64,000 nucleotides of DNA from a candidate division WOR-1 bacterium RIFOXYB2_FULL_37_13 (GCA_001771535.1 MEUB01000027.1:20601-84600); one strand, 5' to 3'. Shown: positions 40,660 through 51,040, counted from the first letter of the stretch. Numbers and translations are program-made. Notes: generated by a model not told the origin, from the sequence alone.

Positions 40660-42841
40660 CTATTTCTATTGGTCTCCTTGTTTTTATTGACTCTATAATC
40701 GCAAAAGTTGTCAAAGTAGTATAAACGTATTCTTTAAAATCAACAACCGGTTTTCCTTCTTTTAAAGAGACAAAAAACGCTTTAAACTCATCATTAAATC
40801 CCCGATCTAGGCTAAAAGAGCTCTTCTTTTTTATTTTTCCATCTTTCGCAAAAAAGAGCGATTTAAAATTATCTATAACACAAACAGATTTTCCACTAAA
40901 AATTTCAAATCTCTCCCGAGGAAGCATTTTATCTCCTTGAGAAGAATAGAGAATTGTTCCTATTGATCCGTTTTTAAACTTTAGGGATATTAGAACATTA
41001 TCTTCCCCTTTGATATCTGTAGCTTCAGCATAGACACTAATAGGCAAAGAACCGGTTAAATACTGCATTAAATCAACAAAATGACATACTTCCCCTATTA
41101 CGCGCCCCCCACCCTCTGTTGAATCATGGATCCAACTATCAGCAGGAACAAATCCGGCATTTACCCTACAGTTAATAACCATATCAGAAGCATTTCCCAA
41201 TAATTGCTTTGCCAATGTGGAATAAGGAGCAAATCGCCTATTAAACCCGACCATAAGCTGCAAACCCTCTTCTTTATGTTTTAAATCATAAAGAGCAATA
41301 ATATTTTTTAACTCTTCATAATTAACACAAAGTGGCTTCTCAACAAAAACATGCTTACCTGAATTTAGTGAATCCACTATCATTTGCGCATGAAGATTAT
41401 GGCGGGTAGAAATTATAATTGCATTTATATTTTTATCATTTAGAAGCTCATGATAATCAGAAACAGCGTATTCAAACCCATATTTCAATCCAGCATGCCT
41501 GCCTTTATAGCCTGAAGTATTTGCTATCCCTATAAGCCTTGCTTCTTTTTTGAATTTCTTAAGCGCAGGAAGCAGTGACGTATTAGCATGAAGTCCTGCA
41601 CCAATAAACCCAATTCCAAATTTGGACATTGGCCATTCGACATTCGACATTTTCTCCTCTGTTCTGTGTTCCGTGTTCTGTGCTCTAAGTTCTATTCTCT
41701 TCTTACTCTCCTGCACCTCCCCATATTCAAGCAGCACACCTAAATATGGCTCTTTCCCACTCAAAATCATCTCATATCCTTTTAGCGCATCATCGATTTT
41801 GAATCGATGAGTTATTAATTTTTGAACATTAACTTTGCCTTGAGATATTAAATCCAAAAAACAAGCCATGTTGCGCTGTGTTGTCCAGCGTACATAAGGC
41901 AACGGATAATCAATGCCTTTATTTTCATAAAGAGGATCAAATTTGCCTGGGCCTGTTGCGCGAGAAACTACAACTTTTAATTCTTTTTTGAAAAATTCCT
42001 GTCTTGGCAAATCAAGCGATATCATTCCACAAGCAACAATTCTTCCTTGATCACGAGAAATTTCAGATGCCATTTCAATAGGCTTATTATCTTGAGACCC
42101 TGCCATTATAATAACAGCATCAACCCCTACCCCTTTTGTGAAATCAAGTGAAGCTTGTAAAATATCATCGCGGCCAATTAACGCGCAGGTATCTGCGCCA
42201 AAATTTTTCGCCATATCAAGCTTGTTATTTGAAATATCAATGCCCAAAACCTTGCAACCAAAAGCTTTAAGCATTTGTACCGTTAATTGGCCAAGAAGAC
42301 CCAAGCCAATTACGGCAACATTTTCTCCAAATGTTAGATTTGCAATTCTTATGGCATTAAGAGCAATAGCACCAAGTCCAACAAACGAAGCATCTTCAAA
42401 AGATAAATTATCAGGAATCTTAACAAACATATTTTTGGGAACATAACTTAATTCAGAATGAGTCGCAAACAAATCGCCAAAACAAGCAATTCTGTCACCT
42501 ACATTGGACATTCGACATTCGACATTCGACATTTCTTTAATAATTCCGGCAGAACTATAGCCTAGTGGCACAGGCATATCTAACCGACTCATTACGGCTT
42601 TATAAGCGTCAAAAAAGCCATCTACTTGAATTTTGCTTATAACTTGCTTAACTAAATCGGGACGGGCCAAAGCTTTGCCAAGATAACTTTTTTGGGCAAG
42701 GCTTATCATAAGTTTTTCCGTACCAACGCTTACAAGAGAATTTTTTGTTTGCAGAATAACACCTTGTGATTTTAATAAAGGGTCGGAAACTTCAATTAGT
42801 TGAAGTTCTCCTGTTTTATAATTTTGGATAAGCTGTTTCAT
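40637..42841 (-). CDS. Bi-domain oxidoreductase: N-terminal zinc-type alcohol-dehydrogenase-like (MDR) domain fused to a C-terminal Gfo/Idh/MocA domain; contains two in-frame heptamer-repeat insertions
   Basis: N-terminal MDR fold (GVGVDAVI, Rossmann AVIGLGLLGQ); C-terminal domain begins MSKFGIGFIGAG (Gfo/Idh/MocA N-terminus) with EKPL motif; 734 aa. Confidence 0.8.
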   Translation of the reverse strand: MKQLIQNYKTGELQLIEVSDPLLKSQGVILQTKNSLVSVGTEKLMISLAQKSYLGKALARPDLVKQVISKIQVDGFFDAYKAVMSRLDMPVPLGYSSAGIIKEMSNVECRMSNVGDRIACFGDLFATHSELSYVPKNMFVKIPDNLSFEDASFVGLGAIALNAIRIANLTFGENVAVIGLGLLGQLTVQMLKAFGCKVLGIDISNNKLDMAKNFGADTCALIGRDDILQASLDFTKGVGVDAVIIMAGSQDNKPIEMASEISRDQGRIVACGMISLDLPRQEFFKKELKVVVSRATGPGKFDPLYENKGIDYPLPYVRWTTQRNMACFLDLISQGKVNVQKLITHRFKIDDALKGYEMILSGKEPYLGVLLEYGEVQESKKRIELRAQNTEHRTEEKMSNVEWPMSKFGIGFIGAGLHANTSLLPALKKFKKEARLIGIANTSGYKGRHAGLKYGFEYAVSDYHELLNDKNINAIIISTRHNLHAQMIVDSLNSGKHVFVEKPLCVNYEELKNIIALYDLKHKEEGLQLMVGFNRRFAPYSTLAKQLLGNASDMVINCRVNAGFVPADSWIHDSTEGGGRVIGEVCHFVDLMQYLTGSLPISVYAEATDIKGEDNVLISLKFKNGSIGTILYSSQGDKMLPRERFEIFSGKSVCVIDNFKSLFFAKDGKIKKKSSFSLDRGFNDEFKAFFVSLKEGKPVVDFKEYVYTTLTTFAIIESIKTRRPIEIDALANSL
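41625..41688. repeat. Compound heptanucleotide repeat tract forming the inter-domain linker of the bi-domain oxidoreductase (minus strand ACAGAAC ACGGAAC ACAGAAC ... ATGTCGA ATGTCGA ATGGCCA ATGTCCA)
   Basis: Read directly; encodes RAQNTEHRTEEKMSNVEWPMSKFG. The units carry four ATG codons in frames 0, 1, 2 and 0. Confidence 0.85.
42501..42535. repeat. Heptanucleotide tandem tract (acattgg acattcg x3 acatttc; minus strand ATGTCGA x3 ATGTCCA) inside the MDR domain coding region; encodes MSNVECRMSNV
   Basis: Read directly at 42501–42535. Confidence 0.9.
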
Positions 42842-42880
42842 AAAACTAAAGCAAATTATACCATGAATAGATATATGTTT

Positions 42881-44428
42881 TCATAATGGGGCATTGGCTG
42901 CTTGCTTCTTCCTTATAATAAACAATTTTATATGATTTAAAATATATATTATTGGTCCTTTTTCTTCGGCATTCAAACCTATCAGATAAGTCAAGAAAAT
43001 TCCAACAGATGTAAATACAAAAGCGCCAGCAGTTGTTATCAAATTAAAAGAATCAACATTAAAAAACCAGAAATGTATTACCAAAACAATAATAACTGGG
43101 AAATATATTGGGAATAAAATCCTTTTGAAATATTCTGACCATTTAATTTTTAAATGTCTTAACATACTGCCCAATAAATAGCATTCAAATAGTACAAAAG
43201 GAACAGTAGTTCCTAAAGCCACTCCAACCAAACCATATTTTTTTATCAGAAAGAAACTCAGTGCGACATTTATTATTGAACACAGCCAAGAATATATGAG
43301 CAGTTCTTTGATACGACCTAATCCTTTCATTACATGCAGGCCGGCGGAATGATTAATATTGAACCATTGGTGAAAAAGTAAAATACTTAGAACAATTGCC
43401 CCTGAACTTGCAAATTCCTTTCCAAACCAACTGTTCAAAATAGGAAAAGTATAAATAAATAAAGGCAAGCCAAGAGAAAAATAAATTATCATTGTATATT
43501 TAGTTGTTTTTAAAAATAGTTCTTTGATAGATTTAAGGGCTCCTTGTCCATGAAAATAGGATGTTGCTGGCAAGAGGCCAGTGGTAATCCTTAAGGATAA
43601 TTCCATGGGAAAATTATAAATTTTTTGACAAATCCCATATATGGCAACTAAAGAAGCAGGGAGAAAAAATGCAATTAATATAATATCCACCTGAAATAGC
43701 AATATTCCACTAACGCTTAACAAGAGGAGGTAGAAAGAAAAAGCAAATTGTTCTTTGAATGATTTCATATCGGGGAGGATAAATCTTTCTTCTGTTTTAT
43801 ACTTTAATATGCTTCTTTTAAGTACAATATATACAATAAAAATCATTATCTGAACAAAAGTGAAAATGATTACGATCCAAATAAGACGGGGATAAACAAA
43901 TACAACCAAGATACTTAATGTAGTAGTTAAAATTGCTTGGAATGCTTCGATAAAATGCACGATTTCATTCCTTTGCATAGCCGCCATTAAAGACTGCAAC
44001 GGAACAGTAAGACTCGCGAAAAAAACATATACAGCAATTGCATTAAATATTATATGATACTGCAACAGATATTTATCTGTGAAAGCAAAATGATTAATTA
44101 AAAAATAATTGAATAAAAACAATATTAAGGCAGATATTAGTCCAACTAAACACATAATAATAAAACCACCATTTAAATCTTTTTTCAACTCTAATAAATT
44201 GTTTTTTGAATATTCACTTGCCATCTTTTTTGTAAAGCTTTGGCCTAATGCATCCCAACCATATTTAAAATAACCGACAATCGCAAGGATAAAAAACCAT
44301 TCACCCAAAAATTCTTTTCCAACATTATAAAATGCAATAGTAATAAATAAGAAACCAAGCAATCGCACCAAAACAAAAGATGCATAACTAAATCCCATAA
44401 TTTTTATTAATTTATTTTTTATTTCCAT
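42881..44428 (-). CDS. Polysaccharide/O-unit flippase, MOP superfamily (Wzx-like)
   Basis: 515 aa, about 12–14 hydrophobic helices, typical Wzx size and topology. Confidence 0.55.
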   Translation of the reverse strand: MEIKNKLIKIMGFSYASFVLVRLLGFLFITIAFYNVGKEFLGEWFFILAIVGYFKYGWDALGQSFTKKMASEYSKNNLLELKKDLNGGFIIMCLVGLISALILFLFNYFLINHFAFTDKYLLQYHIIFNAIAVYVFFASLTVPLQSLMAAMQRNEIVHFIEAFQAILTTTLSILVVFVYPRLIWIVIIFTFVQIMIFIVYIVLKRSILKYKTEERFILPDMKSFKEQFAFSFYLLLLSVSGILLFQVDIILIAFFLPASLVAIYGICQKIYNFPMELSLRITTGLLPATSYFHGQGALKSIKELFLKTTKYTMIIYFSLGLPLFIYTFPILNSWFGKEFASSGAIVLSILLFHQWFNINHSAGLHVMKGLGRIKELLIYSWLCSIINVALSFFLIKKYGLVGVALGTTVPFVLFECYLLGSMLRHLKIKWSEYFKRILFPIYFPVIIVLVIHFWFFNVDSFNLITTAGAFVFTSVGIFLTYLIGLNAEEKGPIIYILNHIKLFIIRKKQAANAPL

Positions 44429-44457
44429 TAAGATAATCCTACCCTTTATTTTTAGAT

Positions 44458-45807
44458 TTATTTAGCATGATGCTCTTCAATTATCTGATTAAACAAACAA
44501 CACAATTTTTCAACAGACTCTGCAGCATTATATTTTTTGATTTTATCAAAATTAGGTTCAATTTTTGGTTTGTTTAATTTGTTCTCTGAATAAAATGCCA
44601 ATACAGCTGCCTTTATTTTATCGACATCAAAGATATCAACAATTCTAACGGTATTAATGTCTTCAATTATGGATGACGCTCCTCCATTTTTGGGTAATAA
44701 TGCTAAAATTGGTTTTCCTGTACGTAGATAATCAAAGATTTTCGTTCCCAGTCTTAAATTAACATGTTCAGATGGTGGTTGTGAAAATAGCAATAAATCC
44801 GAATTTTTAATTGCTTCTATATAATAGGAAAAAGCCACATAAGGCAATAAAATAATTATTTTTTGTAAATTATATTTAACAATAGCTTGAGCCCGATATG
44901 AGGAATATGCTAAATTACTATAAAAATATATTTTCAGTTTGCTTGCAAATTGTCGATTTTCATCTATAGCATTTCTTACAGCTTCGCAAAATGGTTCTAA
45001 TTGCTCGTTTGAATAAATAGTTCCGGCATAAGTAACTATAAAATCATCATCTTTTCGCACAAGCTTAGCTGCCCCTCTGAAATCATTTTCGTCATATCCA
45101 CATATAATTGTATATATTTTATGAGCAAAATTTTTATACGCCTTCTTTAAATGTTCACCAATTTGAGGCGTAACAACTACAAATTTTTGACTTTTACTAA
45201 TCGATAAATAAAATATTAACTTATTAAAAATTTTACTTGTAAAAATACTATAAATATCTGATTTTTTATCTAAAAGCCAAATTCCACCACCCTCTGCAAC
45301 CCAAGGAACTTTTGTTATTCGGCTTAAAATATAACCCACTAAATTTGAAGAATATGGCAAAGGACTGGAGTAAATCACATCAATGTTTTCTTTTTTTATG
45401 ATTTCTATGCCTTTTATTATACTTAATAAAATCCAACCAATTTTATTTTTATCATCAAGAAGCAATAATCTAATTATTTTTTTAGCTATTAAATCAAAGA
45501 GTGAAAAGGAATTATTTGTTTTTTTTCTATCACTGTCCGACAATCGTTCGTAATTAACAAACAAGTTTCTTTTAAAAAAACTAAAGCTAAAAATATCCCT
45601 ACTTTTATAAATTTTGACTTTATCTTTTATGTCGTTATAAAAAGAAATATCAGTTTCGGGCATGTCCGGATTTTTTACTGTTAATATTATTGGTTGCCAA
45701 CCATATTCATTAAAATATTTTGAAAATTTCCCTATCCGCCTTGATAAAACAGTTAACTGCGGGGGGAAATAATAACTAATTATTAATGCTTTTTTAGTTT
45801 TTACCAT
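44458..45807 (-). CDS. Putative glycosyltransferase (GT-B, GT4-like, divergent)
   Basis: N-terminal KKALIISYYFPPQ as in GT4 N-terminal domains; C-terminal GKPILALLPKNGGASSII. Confidence 0.45.
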   Translation of the reverse strand: MVKTKKALIISYYFPPQLTVLSRRIGKFSKYFNEYGWQPIILTVKNPDMPETDISFYNDIKDKVKIYKSRDIFSFSFFKRNLFVNYERLSDSDRKKTNNSFSLFDLIAKKIIRLLLLDDKNKIGWILLSIIKGIEIIKKENIDVIYSSPLPYSSNLVGYILSRITKVPWVAEGGGIWLLDKKSDIYSIFTSKIFNKLIFYLSISKSQKFVVVTPQIGEHLKKAYKNFAHKIYTIICGYDENDFRGAAKLVRKDDDFIVTYAGTIYSNEQLEPFCEAVRNAIDENRQFASKLKIYFYSNLAYSSYRAQAIVKYNLQKIIILLPYVAFSYYIEAIKNSDLLLFSQPPSEHVNLRLGTKIFDYLRTGKPILALLPKNGGASSIIEDINTVRIVDIFDVDKIKAAVLAFYSENKLNKPKIEPNFDKIKKYNAAESVEKLCCLFNQIIEEHHAK

Positions 45808-46729
45808 TTGTTTTTTGTGTTTTTTTCTTAAATCGCAGATATTTTATCTTTATATATGCCCTTTCAACAATTACAAAGAACCATAGAAGATAGTTTAAAA
45901 AAATATTAGTTTTGAAGTGATTTATAGAATACAAGAAATTCATATAAGATCTTAAGTAAAAATCGGAATATTGTGATATAAAAATTAAAACATCATGTTT
46001 TATTGAAATTAAACTATTGCGATTTGTCCGAACTCCCAAATATCCAGAACATTTTATATTATCAAGCATTTCATTACTCATTCCACGACTATAAGGCAAA
46101 GCAAAATACAATGTTTCTTGATTCAAATTGTTATCTAATTTTGTTTTACTTGCCAATAATTCATCATTTATTCTATTGGAGAAAGTTTTGAAATCTTCAC
46201 TTTTTAGAGGCATAAACGAGGTGTGTTTATCAGAATGACTTTGTATGTCAAATAGTTGGGTTCCTGCATTGTTTTTATATTCTTTAATTCCTTGAAAATC
46301 TTGCCAAGTAATACTGCCTGGAGTATTAACCCAACTTGTTATCACAAAAAATGTAGCCTTGATATCATGTTCTTTCAATATAGGACAAACATAATTAAAC
46401 CAACTAATATAGGGGCCATCAAAAGTAATAACAACTGTTTTCTTATGCAAAGGGATATTATTAATTATTTTATTGTATAACTCGCTAAGAGTTAAAAACT
46501 CGTAATTATTTTTTTTGAAATACATAATTTGTTTAATGAATTTATCTGGTTTGGTGTAATAAAATTTGTTATCTGAATTTGTTAGAACATCATGATATGT
46601 TATGATAATTGCATTGCCTTGCTGACTTATAGTTTTAGATATAATCAACTGTTCCCTCATGTAAATGAAAAATGACAATAAAAATAAAACAAAAAATATT
46701 AATGTAATAAATATCATAGCCATACTCAA
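45794..46729 (-). CDS. Polysaccharide deacetylase family protein (NodB / CE4 homology domain) with N-terminal TM anchor
   Basis: VVITFDGPYISWFNYVCPILKEHDIKATFFVI resembles NodB motifs 1–2; ITYHDV. Confidence 0.65.
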   Translation of the reverse strand: MSMAMIFITLIFFVLFLLSFFIYMREQLIISKTISQQGNAIIITYHDVLTNSDNKFYYTKPDKFIKQIMYFKKNNYEFLTLSELYNKIINNIPLHKKTVVITFDGPYISWFNYVCPILKEHDIKATFFVITSWVNTPGSITWQDFQGIKEYKNNAGTQLFDIQSHSDKHTSFMPLKSEDFKTFSNRINDELLASKTKLDNNLNQETLYFALPYSRGMSNEMLDNIKCSGYLGVRTNRNSLISIKHDVLIFISQYSDFYLRSYMNFLYSINHFKTNIFLNYLLWFFVIVERAYIKIKYLRFKKKTQKTNGKN

Positions 46730-46742
46730 TTTCTAAGCTTTT

Positions 46743-47810
46743 TCATTTTGCCATAATTTTTTGCAAAGAATCAAGAAATTCTTTGTTTCTGTAATCAAAT
46801 TTTTGGGGGATATAAATCTCATGACATTTTGTGCTTTTTAATAGCCCCAATAAATTATTTTTAAACTCTTCCCAATGAGAAAAAACACCTTTTTGAGGAT
46901 TGCCATATGAATATGCCTCTATGAAATTCAAAAATGAATTAAACTCAAATTTATTTATCCACATTAATCCAGGAATCAAAACACTGCCTTCAACATCTTC
47001 TTTTATAAAAAAGTTATTATTTGTAGTTGTTTTTAAAAGAAAAATAGCAGATAAAGGCTTACTGTTCCCAATCTGAATTTCAGGAAAAACGCTATCCAAA
47101 TTTGCAAATAACGGAGGTTTAGCAAACCCAGCAGATAATTTGTAAATCCAAGAATTTCTTGCAATAAGAATTCGCTCCCAAGCAGTCAATCTTTTCTTTA
47201 TAAAAGGACACTTCGCAACATTATAATCAAAAAGGCTTATTGGCGTAGGATAATTATAGACAATACCTTCCTTTGAAAAAATCGTAAAATCATCTGAAAA
47301 ATATTCTTTCATTCCATGTTCAAGCAAAAGCAACAAAAGAGATGTTTTACCGGTACCAAGCAAAGCAGGAAAAGCAAAAGCCCTTTCCCCATCGCCCACA
47401 CAGGAAGAATGCAAAAGAATGTATCCTTTCAAAGACAATTTATAGTAAAATAATGGTTCGATTACTTGATAGAACAAGTACTTACAAGAAAGATCATTTC
47501 CATCAAAAAAAATAGTTGTTTTTTTCTCATTTAAACCCTTAATTGCAATTTTCCACTTTCCAAATTTTCGGCTATCCTCCCAATAAATTATTCCTTCTTT
47601 AACAAGGTATTTTCCAACTTTAAGGGTGTCAGTTTTTAAGGAGATAGGCATTTCTCCCAAGCGAAACTCAAAATCCATATCATCTTCTTTATCAATATCA
47701 ATGCTAAAATATTTAAATTGGCGATCTAAAAATTCCAGCCAATTTTCTTTTTCACTTACCAGCTTAAATTTTAAAATATTATGAATATTATAATATGATT
47801 CTTTAATCAT
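46743..47810 (-). CDS. HprK-related kinase-like P-loop protein (putative)
   Basis: LHSSCVGDGERAFAFPALLGTGKTSLLLLLLEHGMKEYFSDDFTIF resembles the HPr-kinase C-terminal P-loop region. Confidence 0.35.
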   Translation of the reverse strand: MIKESYYNIHNILKFKLVSEKENWLEFLDRQFKYFSIDIDKEDDMDFEFRLGEMPISLKTDTLKVGKYLVKEGIIYWEDSRKFGKWKIAIKGLNEKKTTIFFDGNDLSCKYLFYQVIEPLFYYKLSLKGYILLHSSCVGDGERAFAFPALLGTGKTSLLLLLLEHGMKEYFSDDFTIFSKEGIVYNYPTPISLFDYNVAKCPFIKKRLTAWERILIARNSWIYKLSAGFAKPPLFANLDSVFPEIQIGNSKPLSAIFLLKTTTNNNFFIKEDVEGSVLIPGLMWINKFEFNSFLNFIEAYSYGNPQKGVFSHWEEFKNNLLGLLKSTKCHEIYIPQKFDYRNKEFLDSLQKIMAK

Positions 47811-48784
47811 TATAGCTTTCTAGCTTGATTCAACCATTTTATTGTTCGTGAAACGCCTTCTTTTAAAGTAAATGGCTGATCACCAACAATTTCCCTTAAA
47901 TGACCCATGTCAAAAACATATTCAGTTAAAATATTTTTAAGCCTGAAGCTTTGCAAAGGGATATTTTCCCAACCACGCTTTTTTAATATATCACCAATTC
48001 TAGCTATGATCTTTACAGGAATTAAAGGCAAATGAAATATCCTATGTGCTTTAAGCTGATTTTTGATCTCTAGCGCCATATCATATAAATCTGCAGGCAT
48101 ATAATCTGCTATGTAAAACGTTTTTCCTGATACTTTTTCTTTTGGAGCAGATAGCAGCTTATATATGGAATAGACCGCGTTTTCAACATACCCCAAAGAT
48201 CTTTTATAATGTCCACTGCCAATGTGGAAATACCAACCACGTTTTATTGATCTGAAAAAATTAATGTATGGCTCTTCACCCCATGGCCCCCATATAGAGA
48301 TCGGCCTTATTATTGTCCAAGAAAATTCCAAATCTTTCTGTTCACGAACAATTTTCTCCCCTATCATTTTGCTTTCACCATAAAGAGTAGACGGTTTATA
48401 ATCCGTGTCATGTTTGGGTATATAGCCCATCTCACAAACAAGTAAAGTCGATGTAAATATTGCCCTTTGAACAGATGGAGTAGCCTTTAGCGCTTCTATC
48501 ATATTCCTAACCCCTGTGGTATTTTCCGCGTAACAAGCAATATTGGCTCGCGTTAAACCGGTTTTTGCAGCTAAATGGACTACAAGTCCGGGCTTGAATT
48601 CTTGAATTTCTTTTTTCAAATTTTCGACATCTAAAATATCACATTTGTGCCAGTACTTATTATGAGCGATCTCCTTAGGCTCTTTGATGTCTAAATTTAA
48701 AATATCAGTATAGCCTTCTTTAATAAGAAGGTTCAACATGTTTGTGCCAATAAAACCAGAGCCGCCTGTAACTAAAACTTTCAT
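47810..48784 (-). CDS. NAD-dependent epimerase/dehydratase (SDR)
   Basis: MKVLVTGGSGFIGTNMLNLL. Confidence 0.75.
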   Translation of the reverse strand: MKVLVTGGSGFIGTNMLNLLIKEGYTDILNLDIKEPKEIAHNKYWHKCDILDVENLKKEIQEFKPGLVVHLAAKTGLTRANIACYAENTTGVRNMIEALKATPSVQRAIFTSTLLVCEMGYIPKHDTDYKPSTLYGESKMIGEKIVREQKDLEFSWTIIRPISIWGPWGEEPYINFFRSIKRGWYFHIGSGHYKRSLGYVENAVYSIYKLLSAPKEKVSGKTFYIADYMPADLYDMALEIKNQLKAHRIFHLPLIPVKIIARIGDILKKRGWENIPLQSFRLKNILTEYVFDMGHLREIVGDQPFTLKEGVSRTIKWLNQARKL

Positions 48785-49938
48785 GATAAGCTCCTTCTGT
48801 TTTTTGCTGTATTATTGCATGTTTCCTCAAATACTTTTAATGTTTGCCTTGCGGTTTCTTCCCAATTAAAGAATTTTACTCTTTCCTTTCCCTTCTCAAT
48901 TAATTCATTTTTTATCTCATCAGAACTCAATACTATTGATATTTTTTCTGCAATATCATTAACATTTAAAGGATCAAAACATAAAACCGCATCCCCTCCA
49001 ATTTCTGGTAATGCTGTTATATTAGAACAAACTACAGGAATACCAAATGACATTGCTTCCAAAAGGGGCAAGCCAAAACCCTCATAAGTTGAAGGAAAAA
49101 CGAACAATTCAGCCTTTTTGTATAGATGATAAAGATCATGATTGTCAACCCAGCCCGTAAGAAATATTTCTGATTCCAGATTCTCAGATTTAATTTTTGC
49201 CATTAATTCATTATGCTGTCTTCCAGGTATGCCTGAAATTACAAGTTTACAACTAAAACCCTTATTCTTTCTCAATATCTTAAATGCAGCTATAAGATTT
49301 ATATAGTTTTTGTGCTGATGTGTCCTTCCAACCGTCAATATATACTTACCCTCTATTTTCTTTAGAAGAGGATATTCCTTGCCATTAAAATCAACATTTA
49401 AATCTAATATATTCCCTCTCCCCAAATATACAGCTTTTATCTTTGCACTACTGGCTTTGGTATATTTTACGATTTCTGTTTTTGTGTATTCAGAAATTGA
49501 AATAATTTTATCCGCTTTAATAGCAGATAATAAGATGAGGTATTTCAGGAACAAATATTCAATCCTTGAAAAACATTCACCAAAATGAGCCCAATATATA
49601 TCACAGATATTTAAAACCAACTTACTTGGAAGCCATAATACTGGAGAAATATTTGTCGGGGAAAACAATAAGTCAATTTTATGTTTCTTAACATAAAATG
49701 GTAAAAATAGCTGCTCCCATATTATTCTAAATAATAAGCGTTTTTTTGATGCTGGACAAAATATTTTTATAAAATTATTGTCACCAGGGAATAAGTGGTG
49801 GTTGGTGTCATTTACAAATAAAAAATATTGATTCTTTTTATCAATGATGCTTAAATGCTTTATTAAATTTACTAAATATGTTTCTCCCCCACCGCTTACT
49901 CCAGGGAAAATACTCAAAGCATTTATGCCAATAATCAT
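48781..49938 (-). CDS. Glycosyltransferase family 4
   Basis: FPSTYEGFGLPLLEAMSFGIPVVCSN. Confidence 0.8.
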   Translation of the reverse strand: MIIGINALSIFPGVSGGGETYLVNLIKHLSIIDKKNQYFLFVNDTNHHLFPGDNNFIKIFCPASKKRLLFRIIWEQLFLPFYVKKHKIDLLFSPTNISPVLWLPSKLVLNICDIYWAHFGECFSRIEYLFLKYLILLSAIKADKIISISEYTKTEIVKYTKASSAKIKAVYLGRGNILDLNVDFNGKEYPLLKKIEGKYILTVGRTHQHKNYINLIAAFKILRKNKGFSCKLVISGIPGRQHNELMAKIKSENLESEIFLTGWVDNHDLYHLYKKAELFVFPSTYEGFGLPLLEAMSFGIPVVCSNITALPEIGGDAVLCFDPLNVNDIAEKISIVLSSDEIKNELIEKGKERVKFFNWEETARQTLKVFEETCNNTAKNRRSLS

Positions 49939-49941
49939 ATA

Positions 49942-50712
49942 TTATGCCTTTCTTTTAAGATTATTATTGTTGCCATTTAAAATAGCAAACCAATACCAAT
50001 GCAAATATTTTGGAAGCCATGCCCATAGCTTGAATCGAGACTTTTTTTCGCCAGTATCCCTCCATATGCAAGGAACTTCAATTATTTTATAACCGAAAAC
50101 GAATGCCTTAACAATCAACTCAAGCCCCAATTCAAATCCACCTATACTCTCTATCATTATTTCATTTAAATATTTTTTCCTATACATTTTAAAACTATTG
50201 GTAACATCATGGGTAGGAACGCCAGTTAAATAATGGAGAGAAACTCCAGCAGCCCGTGAAAGGAGTTTTTTAAACCATGAACCCCCTATTTGTTTTCCCC
50301 CTTTCATGTATCTTGATCCACAAACAAGGTCGTAACCGCTATTAATCAATCGAAACATTTCATCAACATTAGTAAGGTCATCGGAAGAATCCGCCATCAC
50401 AATAAGAATTGCTTCACTTTCAGAGTTTTCAAATCCAGTCCTAATAGCATTAATAAATCCGGATCTATATTTATTTTTTAATAAATGTATTTTTGTATTA
50501 TTACTTATTAATTTCTTAACAGCAGGTATCGTATTATCTTTTTCATCGTCATAAACCACATAAACATTATTTGGCGTTTTAATCTTTTCCTTAATTTCAC
50601 AGACAACATTTTTTATATTTTCGCCTTCATTATAAACTGGTATAACAATGCTCAACAAATCATCCATAATTTCTTTATTTACCTTCATATTTATAAATAT
50701 CACAAGAGTCAT
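49942..50712 (-). CDS. GT2 polyprenol-phosphate glycosyltransferase (Dpm1/ArnC-like, soluble); probable true start at an internal Met near 50667–50688
   Basis: LSIVIPVYNEGENI...VVYDDEKDNT...MADSSDD; overlaps the upstream gene if the ORF-track start is used. Confidence 0.7.
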   Translation of the reverse strand: MTLVIFINMKVNKEIMDDLLSIVIPVYNEGENIKNVVCEIKEKIKTPNNVYVVYDDEKDNTIPAVKKLISNNTKIHLLKNKYRSGFINAIRTGFENSESEAILIVMADSSDDLTNVDEMFRLINSGYDLVCGSRYMKGGKQIGGSWFKKLLSRAAGVSLHYLTGVPTHDVTNSFKMYRKKYLNEIMIESIGGFELGLELIVKAFVFGYKIIEVPCIWRDTGEKKSRFKLWAWLPKYLHWYWFAILNGNNNNLKRKA

Positions 50713-51040
50713 TATCCATTTTTTTGGACATCACATTAATCCACTTGCAATCACTATTACATGTAAAAGTATGAACTTCATAAGGCTCAACAAGGAAAAT
50801 TGATCCCTTATTAGCAAGAAACTCTTTAATGAGTTCTCCTTTTAGATCAACTACTTTAATACTGATATTTCCCTCTATAATGTAAAACAATTCCATAGCT
50901 TCTTTGTGATAATGGCCCCCTCGAATTTGCCCAGCCTGTGTTTCTATATAATTTACTTCTTGCCAATTACCAAAATTTACAATACCTAAAAACAAACCTC
51001 TGATACTTGCATTTTTTTTATATGCTTCAAAAATCTTCAC
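50675..51040 (-). CDS. Cupin, WxcM/FdtA-like domain (NDP-4-keto-6-deoxyhexose 3,4-ketoisomerase-like)
   Basis: 121 aa; RGLFLGIVNFGNWQEVNYIETQAGQIRGGHYHKEAMELFYIIEG matches the FdtA/WxcM-type cupin signature. Confidence 0.55.
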   Translation of the reverse strand: MKIFEAYKKNASIRGLFLGIVNFGNWQEVNYIETQAGQIRGGHYHKEAMELFYIIEGNISIKVVDLKGELIKEFLANKGSIFLVEPYEVHTFTCNSDCKWINVMSKKMDNDSCDIYKYEGK

